Shown here one piece after another: positions 55,005 to 64,000 of a stretch of 64,000 nt of DNA. This DNA comes from Octopus vulgaris (Eukaryota), in assembly GCA_951406725.2 (NCBI GenBank), contig OX597816.1, positions 155,186,001-155,250,000 on the forward strand. Direction: 5' to 3'. A program made the translations under genes and the position numbers. The notes under the pieces were generated by a model that had not been told where the DNA came from, searched no databases, and worked only from the letters and a program-made list of their open reading frames with translations. The first letter of the stretch is position 1, and each line of letters begins with the position of its first letter.

Positions 55005-55021
55005 TTATGCATATATTTACA

Positions 55022-55181
55022 ACGGGCTTCTTTTAGTTTCCGTCTACCAAATCCACTCACAAGGCTTTGGTCGGCCCGAGGCCATATTAGAAGACACTTG
55101 CCTAAGGTGTCACGCAGTGGCACTGATCCCAGACCCATGTGGTTGGTAAGCAAGCTACTTACCACACAGCCACTTCTGCGT
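55022..55181 (-). mobile_element. SINE family A, 5' part
   Basis: Reverse complement of the head at 58350. Confidence 0.85.
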
Positions 55182-56249
55182 ATCCTATGAAAAATAATAT
55201 GGGCAGGCGTGTATGTGTATTGCATGTAGTTTTTTGTTTTCAATAAAATGCTTTAAGCTAATTGGAGCTAGAGACTATTATCTAAAGAATTGTTTTGTAG
55301 TCAAGTTTACATATCCATTAGACTTCGTTAATATGGCATAAATAAGCAAACCAGCCTAAATTTATCAGAAACATAAAACGCGAATGTATGAATTGCAATT
55401 GAACAACATCATCATCTATCAATTTGGTATAAAATCAATATATGTCAGTTTAATATGTTGATATTGCCATAAACAGTAAAATATATAGAGAGTCAAATAA
55501 AAATACACAATGATAATAATATAAACAGTATGTTAACTCCACCATCCTCTACTGCTTCCCAATTCTATCGATGGCGGAAGAACTCAAAACCACTAAGGTA
55601 TAAGCAATCAGTGCATTGGTTTTACCTGAGATTAAATAGATTTGACACGGCAAGAAGTCCATAAAGGGGCGCAGAAATTGGTGCGGGAAATGGATGTTCA
55701 TTGGGGGTGTGAATGAAACCGAAATTTATTGGGGTCGTTTGCCAAGATCGGTTAGGCTTTGTTAACTACAGAATCAAGAGAAGCAATACCAATGCCAGTA
55801 GCAAGAGAGGTATCTTCGTACAGAGAATGGGAAGAAAAACTCGGTGTATAAATCTCGCAGTGATTGCTTGACACAAACAGTTGTTACATCGGGGGACTAT
55901 CATCTTGGAGGAAACTCAGGATTCTTGACCAGGATAAGTTAATGTTACTTCTATGCTCTGTGGATGAGCGTTTTCCAGCCTCAAGTACCATTTAAACGTA
56001 GGTAAAACAGTTTCATCTTTAAGTAATGTGATGCATCTTGAACCACAATTTGATCGGATGTTCCAGAGCACTGAGAAATAGAAGATAGAAGTTAATCTCC
56101 GGTAAAGTCAATACGGAAATTGTCAAGTGGACAGTTCAGCAGAAATATAAGACTATCAAGAAACAGATGACACAAAAAATTGTTTCACATTCTTTCGATG
56201 TTTATTTATGCTTTTTTCAACTATATATACACAAGTAAATAAATATGTG

Positions 56250-56250
<1 letters not shown>

Positions 56251-56311
<61 letters not shown>

Positions 56312-56324
56312 AACACACGCACAT

Positions 56325-56396
<72 letters not shown>
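56251..56396. repeat. (CA)n microsatellite
   Basis: Directly visible. Confidence 0.95.
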
Positions 56397-56398
<2 letters not shown>

Positions 56399-57094
56399 CT
56401 TCTACTTTTCCTTTTCTCTTAAGGCCTTGACTTTTCATTTCACTTTCCTAAACTTAAGTCTTAGACTTTCAAATATTGTTTTAGAATTCATTATTCTTTA
56501 TTATGAATTCATTATTTTTTATTATTATTACGATTTTGTCTTGTTACTTCATATAAACTATATTTAATTTACTTCCCTTTATCATAGTACTGTTTTATTT
56601 ATAGACATGTGTTTATACTACCTTATTTAGCATCAGCGATCTTTTAAATTCATATTTTAGTGACCTAAATAACCAGCTATCCACCTTAATTTATTCAAAT
56701 TAGTTTGCTTTTATTTACTTTTTTTTTAATTGTCCTCTGAGTTCACCTTAATTTTAAATATCAAATTGGCTTTTCTCAACAAACATTACAACTAAGTCTT
56801 TATTTTTTTTACTTCCTTCACTCTCCTGGTATTTGGTCACACCCTTGTATTAATTCTAAAATTTCGCTTCTTCCTTGATATCCTCACGGGTCTTGAAAAG
56901 ATTATGTTAATATAAACTTTTGGATATATCAGATATCTGAGTCGATTCACTATGGACTGATATGTATATTGTAACACTAAATGATTACACCCAAAAATGC
57001 TTTCGTAATGGAAACGTGTGTTGTCTTTTTGTATTATGTAATCTTATATTAAAGATGCGTTATTAATTTTAGTCTGTGATATATATATATATAT

Positions 57095-57900
57095 ATTGTT
57101 GTATTTCGGGATGGTAATTTTTTTGTGACAAAAACAACGAACAATGACCATCCTGAAATACAACAATGTCAGTTTCAACACACGATTTCAGATAAGGTAA
57201 CTTGTAATACAAATTGATAACTGTATAACAAAATTGGGACAAGAACGCAAAACATCCAGACAGACGATACGAAGAAAATAAGGATGAATCATTCGGAGTT
57301 TTCTATCCTCAGTCGAGTTCCAGATTATCGTTGCAATTTCGGCTAGTTATACTCGAAATTGCTCCAATCTGGCCAGCCCTAAGGAAAAGATAAGCTAAGA
57401 AAATTAGATTCCTTAGAAGAAAGCAGCGTGTATACGAAAACAAGGACGGAAAAAACAGAGAAATGTTACATAAATCCAAAGGCAATTAACAGGACATAAT
57501 AACAGGTGTCTTTCGACTAAGGACGAATTAAATTAAGCTGGTGTGTGTGAAAGTAAAGCTTTACGACAAGGACATAGGACTTAACGGGCACAGGGAGGAA
57601 TATAGATGTTGCACGGAAGGTAGTCGAACCAAGACAGAAAGGTCAGATCTGGCTGAACACCGGACACGTGGGGAGAGAACAGAGAGAGATTGCGAGGCAG
57701 AGGGATAGAAGAATTAAGGAGGGGCGCGAAAACAATGAAAGAGACACAGTGAAGTGAAAGAGGAGAGAAAGTGAGCCTGAAGAGAAGGCCAGGAAATGTG
57801 AGAGAGGGGAAACGAAAGAACGAAGAGTGGAATGAGCGAAGTGTGAAAGGGCTGATAGAAAGAAGGAAAGAATGAAAGACTACAAAGAATAATAGAGACG
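57095..57900 (-). mobile_element. Putative non-autonomous PLE-like repeat with a small terminal fold-back
   Basis: 21-bp inverted arms at about 57095-57116 and 57148-57168. The minus strand has GGCTGG...CTAGCC-GAAA-TTGCAA. Confidence 0.4.
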
Positions 57901-58025
57901 TACAAAATTTATATATACATATATACACATACACACACACATATATATATGTTTATATGTATATATACATATATATATGTGTATATATACTTATATATAC
58001 CCCCCCCCATATATATATATATATA

Positions 58026-58306
58026 TATATTGTATAAAGGATCGTAGCTATGGACAAAATAATGCGAAAAAAAATGCAAGGTAAAACACAAGACAGCAAA
58101 TATGTGAATTAATGTATTCAATATTTCGGAGTTATGACTCCAATTTCAGGAAATTGCCGATTGTCAATTTCTTGAAATTGGGGTTATAACCCCGAAATAT
58201 TGAATACAAGGTAAGTCTACATTAATTCACATGTTTGCTGTTTTGTGTTTTACCTTGCATTTTTTCGCATTGTTTTTGCCTTACCCACGATCCTTTATAC
58301 AATATA
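58026..58306. repeat. About 280-bp imperfect palindrome
   Basis: 58026-58156 is the approximate reverse complement of 58165-58306, with one short insertion. Confidence 0.9.
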
Positions 58307-58349
58307 CTCTACACAATGCTTCATAGCAATTATTTCATTATATATATAT

Positions 58350-58520
58350 AGGCGCAGGAGTGGCTGTGTGGTAAGTAGCTTGCTTACCAACCAAATGGTT
58401 CCGGGTTCAGTCCCACTGCGTGGCACCTTGGGCAAGTGTCTTCTACTATACCCTCGGGCCGACCAAAGCCTTGTGAGTGGATTTTGTAGTCGGAAACTGA
58501 AAGAAGCCTGTCGTATATAG

Positions 58521-58563
<43 letters not shown>

Positions 58564-58783
58564 TTATGTGTCTGTGTTTTTCCCCCTCCAACATCGCTTG
58601 ACAACCGATGCTGGTGTGTTTACGTCCCCGTCACTTAGCGGTTCGGCAAAAGAGACCGATAGAATAAGTACTGGGCTTACAAAGAATAAGTCCCGGGGTT
58701 GAGTTGCTCGATGAAAGGCGGTGCTCCAGCATCGCCGCAGTCAAATGACTGAAACAAGTAAAAGAGTAAAAGAGTAAAAGAGT
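58350..58783 (+). mobile_element. tRNA-derived SINE family A, full length
   Basis: A-box-like TGGCTGTGTGG, B-box-like GGTTCAGTCCC, CORE-like CACCTTGGGCAAGTGTC, an internal TA/TG microsatellite and a (TAAAAGAG)n tail. Confidence 0.9.
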
Positions 58784-58800
58784 ATACATACATATATATA

Positions 58801-60057
58801 CAGGCACGCAGGAAGTAAATAGACACCTTTAATTTTCAAAATCTTTTATTTAATACGCAAAGCGAACAATTGAAATGTAATCGATAGGTAGGACTACATA
58901 CTTTAGCATTTAGTTGACTTTCCCTTTACAGTTTTTAATTCAGAAACTCTTTTTGGCATTAAACTGATGAGCCTTGTGATTGTCTCTTTCTGCCCACTTT
59001 TCATGCAACAATCGAAACTATTCATCTTTAGATTTAGGTTTCTGTTGAGTTTTTCATATAGCTCTATCTAGTATGCTCCAAAGATTTTCAATTGAGTTCA
59101 TGTCAGGAGATTGGCTTGGCCAAGGAAGCCTTTTGATCCCATTTTCACTCAGCCATTGTTGATTCCTTTTCACTGTGTGGCATGGAGCCCCATCTTCCAT
59201 GAATAAAAACTCATTTTTCATTATGTTATCGCGTGAATACATCAGAAGTAGTCCTTGCTTAAGTATTTCGATGTATTTTTCAGAGTTTATGGTTCCAACA
59301 CATTTGATCAGCTCAGAGTGACCATTGCTGGTGACAGCTCCCCATACCATCACAGAGATACCACCATGTTTCACAGCTGGTTGGAGTCATTTCAAGTCAA
59401 ATTCTTGACTGGGAAACCTCCAGACCCAAACAAGTCCACTGTCTGAAAATAATGCAAATCTGGATTCATCTGAGAAAATCAATCTCAAAATGAACTGGAT
59501 TTTTCTGACATCTCCTTAGCCCATTTCTTTCTTTTCGTGATACTAATTGGTTGAAGGAGAGGTTTTCTTCTAGCTGCTCATCCATAATACCCAAACTTGT
59601 GCTCGTATGTAACACACTTTCTTGGACTAACTTCTGGCTGTTTTGCAATGTTTGAAGCCTTTGAACGGGGTTCGTTTTCCACAATTCTCTTCAAGCAGCG
59701 AAGCTTCATTTCCGAGGGCCCAGGTCGGCCGGGACGAGAATCTGTTGATTCTTTTCCTTGGCTTTTGAATTGCACTATAATTCTATTAACAGTAGCAAGA
59801 AGAATTTGAAGATTTTTGGCAATTTTTCGTTGACTAAGAGCAGCCTCAGATTGCCCAGCAATACGACCTCTTTGGGAATCTGACAGTTCTGGTGAACTTT
59901 TTGTGTGTTGCATTGTTACTATTCGCAAATGTTTAATATAATGACACCTGGAATGAAAAAGAATAATTACATTATAAATTCTACACCACTGAAAGCATAT
60001 TAAGATGCTTAGATCACAAATTTTGAAAATTAAATATGTCTATTTACTTCCTCCATA

Positions 60058-60061
<4 letters not shown>
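58801..60061 (-). mobile_element. Tc1 transposon (DD34E), full length but inactivated
   Basis: About 42-bp imperfect TIRs (CAG...AGGAAGTAAATAGACA...TTTAATTTTCAAAAT) and TA flanks. Transposase pieces include RPGRP, SDESRF, KHGGISVMVWG and DGAPCH...SPDMNSIE, with 34 residues between D and E. It carries stops and a frameshift. Confidence 0.95.
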
Positions 60062-60137
<76 letters not shown>

Positions 60138-60369
60138 CAAAAATAAGGGCAAAAGAAAAATTCTAATGCCAAATATGCCGAAAAAAAGACAAAATTGTCA
60201 ATAACCATTATAATTTTTGCGTCTCGAAACAAACCGATAGAAATTTCTAAAAAATCCGTCATTACCGTATTGGTCCCAATTTCGGGGTTAATTCATAAGA
60301 ATTTCCCCCTCTTCAGCGATAAATACGTGAGATATAAGTGAAATACTTACTCATACCCATATATATATA

Positions 60370-60406
<37 letters not shown>

Positions 60407-60412
60407 CACGCC

Positions 60413-60450
<38 letters not shown>

Positions 60451-60454
<4 letters not shown>

Positions 60455-61194
60455 AAAAAAGGTTTGAAAATGCAATTTAAACGATGTTTATTTACTTAAC
60501 CGGTTTCACTCTTTGGTAAAAGATTGTCAAAAGTTACATTTAAGGAAACATTGAATAATATGGGTTCAAAAAAGTTTTTTACATAATTGTCACATTGAAT
60601 ATTATGCATTCAAAAAAGTTTTTTACATAATTGTCACATTGGATATTATGGGTTCAAAAAAGTTTTTTACATAATTGTCACATTGAATATTATGCATTCA
60701 AAAAGTTTTTTACATAATTGTCACATTGGATATTATGAATTCAAAAATGTTTTTTTATACATAATTGTCACATTATTTGGGAAAATTTGGCAGAAAAGGA
60801 TAAAACAAATATATTATTGGGAATTGGTTGCGTTAATTATTGGTTGTCGCAAATTGTCACATTACATGTATATATATACAATCTTTGGTATATATATACA
60901 GCGTTTTGACAGCAAAAATTAAAATGGCTTTTTTGTACATCTCAGAATATTTTAAGTATGTTTTTACTGACCTGTCAGTATTAGCAGAAAGGCTGAACTG
61001 AGAGAACAGAAGAAGTAGCCAATGTGGTGTATACTTCCCCTTTATGCATGAATGATTTTGGGGTTATCAGGAGGTTAGTATGCGGGTGTGAATAGATGTG
61101 TCCGTGCCTGCTGGTCAGACAGCGTCTGTTTGTCACACACATATATATACACACAAACACACACACACACAACAACACACACACACACACACAT
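60451..61194 (-). mobile_element. Young non-coding repeat unit, copy 1 (5 x 44-bp array; hammerhead-like motif at 60494-60534)
   Basis: Near-perfect reverse complement of 61422-62254. Confidence 0.9.
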
Positions 61195-61232
61195 TGTGTG
61201 ATATTTATATTATGTATGTATGTGTGCGTGTG

Positions 61233-61263
<31 letters not shown>

Positions 61264-61421
61264 GTGTGTGTATGTGTGTTATATATCTGTGTATGTTATA
61301 TATAGATACATGTTATATTTGTGTGCTGTGTGTATATGTGATATATGTGGGTGCGTTGTGTGTGGGTGTGTGTGTTCTGTGTGTGTGTGTGTTGTTTGTA
61401 TGTGGTGTGTGTTTGTATACT

Positions 61422-62254
61422 ATGTGTGTGTGTGTGTGTGTTGTTGTGTGTGTGTGTGTTTGTGTGTATATATATGTGTGTGACAAACAGACGCTGTCTG
61501 ACCAGCAGGCACGGACACATCTATTCACACCCGCATACTAACCTCCTGATAACCCCAAAATCATTCATGCATAAAGGGGAAGTATATACCACATTGGCTA
61601 CTTCTTCTGTTCTCTCAGTTCAGCCTTTCTGCTAATACTGACAGGTCAGTAAAAACATACTTAAAATATTCTGAGATGTACAAAAAAGCCATTTTAATTT
61701 TTGCTGTCAAAACGCTGTATATATATACCAAAGATTGTATATATATACATGTAATGTGACAATTTGCGACAACCAATAATTAACGCAACCAATTCCCAAT
61801 AATATATTTGTTTTATCCTTTTCTGCCAAATTTTCCCAAATAATGTGACAATTATGTATAAAAAAACATTTTTGAATTCATAATATCCAATGTGACAATT
61901 ATGTAAAAAACTTTTTTGAATGCATAATATTCAATGTGACAATTATGTAAAAACTTTTTTGAACCCATAATATCCAATGTGACAATTATGTAAAAAACTT
62001 TTTTGAATGCATAATATTCAATGTGACAATTATGTAAAAAACTTTTTTTGAACCCATAATATCCAATGTGACAATTATGTAAAAAACTTTTTTGAATGCA
62101 TAATATTCAATGTGACAATTATGTAAAAAACTTTTTTGAACCCATATTATTCAATGTTTCCTTAAATGTAACTTTTGACAATCTTTTACCAAAGAGTGAA
62201 ACCGGTTAAGTAAATAAACATCGTTTAAATTGCATTTTCAAACCTTTTTTCTTA
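61422..62254 (+). mobile_element. Young non-coding repeat unit, copy 2 (7 x 44-bp array; hammerhead-like motif at 62171-62211)
   Basis: Inverted partner of copies 1 and 3. AATAAA follows the motif directly. Confidence 0.9.
62171..62211 (+). ncRNA. Minimal hammerhead candidate with U3-A8 core
   Basis: ACUU-UUGACAA-UCUUU uacc AAAGA-GU-GAAA-CCGG-UU-AAGU. Confidence 0.6.
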
Positions 62255-62287
62255 TATAATCCCACTCGTGCGATACCCCACAACTCA

Positions 62288-62348
<61 letters not shown>

Positions 62349-62740
62349 GTATGTACATATATATGTATATATATATGTCTGTACATGAATCAGAAGTATA
62401 TGAATGTTCACTGGGTTTGTAAAAGAGATCAAAGCTAGAGGAAACCAAAATAACGAATGGACAACTCACTTTCAAACATATACTGCATTGTATCTGCCCC
62501 CTTTATGCTCCCTCGAAATTGTATGAAACTTACAGCATTATCCTTTTTCCTAGGCTTGGATTTTGTGTTCCAAATGTTATTAGGATCATCCAGTAGTTTT
62601 CAATTCTATAAGTAACACACAATCAAACAAACACACAGACATTGACTTTTATATAATAGATATATCTGTGTGCATATGAATATATATGTACTTTTGCAAA
62701 CATACATACGCACACATACATACACTTAATTCATATACAC

Positions 62741-63004
<264 letters not shown>

Positions 63005-63031
63005 TAACCTTTCTTTCCATTGCTATATATA

Positions 63032-63264
63032 CACAGTTAGTCAAAAGTCACTCGAGAGTAAATCAAAATTCCATAAATACTATCTGTAATTGTGTATTGA
63101 TTCGAACGGAAAAATGTGTCGCTCAAGAAGGACTTCCGTTAGAAAACGTTTCATGATGCTTCATATTTAGATGCTCTTATTGAATTCATTCAGTTGTTAA
63201 ACATAAATAAATCTTGGATCTAAGTGGTTTTGATGTACTGCCAGGTGACTTTTGACCAACCCTG
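63032..63264. mobile_element. Tc1/mariner-type MITE
   Basis: 20-bp imperfect TIRs CACAGTTAGTCAAAAGTCAC / GTGACTTTTGACCAACCCTG with TA flanks. Confidence 0.75.
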
Positions 63265-63287
63265 TATAGAGAAACATACGCACACAC

Positions 63288-63330
<43 letters not shown>

Positions 63331-63336
<6 letters not shown>

Positions 63337-64000
63337 AAAAAAGGTTTGAAAATGCAATTTAAACGATGTTTATTTACTTAACCGGTTTCACTCTTTGGTA
63401 AAAGATTGTCAAAAGTTACATTTAAGGAAACATTGAATAATATGGGTTCAAAAAAGTTTTTTACATAATTGTCACATTGAATATTATGCATTCAAAAAAG
63501 TTTTTTACATAATTGTCACATTGGATATTATGGGTTCAAAAAAAGTTTTTTACATAATTGTCACATTGGATATTATGAATTCAAAAATGTTTTTTACATA
63601 ATTGTCACATTGGATATTATGAATTCAAAAATGTTTTTTTATACATAATTGTCACATTATTTGGGAAAATTTGGCAGAAAAGGATAAAACAAATATATTA
63701 TTGGGAATTGGTTGCGTTAATTATTGGTTGTCGCAAATTGTCACATTACATGTATATATATACAATCTTTGGTATATATATACAGCGTTTTGACAGCAAA
63801 AATTAAAATGGCTTTTTTGTACATCTCAGAATATTTTAAGTATGTTTTTACTGACCTGTCAGTATTAGCAGAAAGGCTGAACTGAGAGAACAGAAGAAGT
63901 AGCCAATGTGGTGTATACTTCCCCTTTATGCATGAATGATTTTGGGGTTATCAGGAGGTTAGTATGCGGGTGTGAATAGATGTGTCCGTGCCTGCTGGTC
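63331..64000 (-). mobile_element. Young non-coding repeat unit, copy 3 (5 x 44-bp array), running off the window
   Basis: Direct near-identical copy of 60451 onward, with a hammerhead-like motif at 63376-63416. Confidence 0.9.

Noticed and set aside
60550-60775. CRISPR-like array
   Set aside because: The units are contiguous tandem repeats without unique spacers, there are no cas genes, and the context is eukaryotic.
61096-61635. Cys/Val-rich ORFs in the centre of the large inverted repeat
   Set aside because: They are TG microsatellite translations mirrored on both strands.

Overview
This is AT-rich, microsatellite-saturated eukaryotic DNA. It looks intergenic or intronic, and I can support no intact host gene. 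The two dominant tRNA-derived SINE families and the repeat landscape suggest an octopus-type cephalopod genome (inference). Almost every long ORF in the track is a microsatellite artefact. The recognisable coding traces are transposon relics: Tc1 (DD34E, with TIRs), two mariners, pogo/Tigger, hAT, RTE/BovB and CR1-like LINEs, Penelope-like (PLE) RT and GIY-YIG fragments, Helitrons and possibly a Polinton polB. The most striking unexplained signal is about 15-20 hammerhead-ribozyme-like motifs in roughly ten unrelated short repeat families. They have type I topology with a palindromic stem III, and many sit in fold-back (inverted-repeat) elements. They include one fully canonical hammerhead (51890-51980, minus strand), two unrelated families with a compensatory U3-A8 core, a tRNA-head plus hammerhead SINE-like unit, and a very young 0.75-0.83 kb non-coding unit present three times in alternating orientation with a variable 44-bp array. 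All structures were read by eye; no folding or database search was run.
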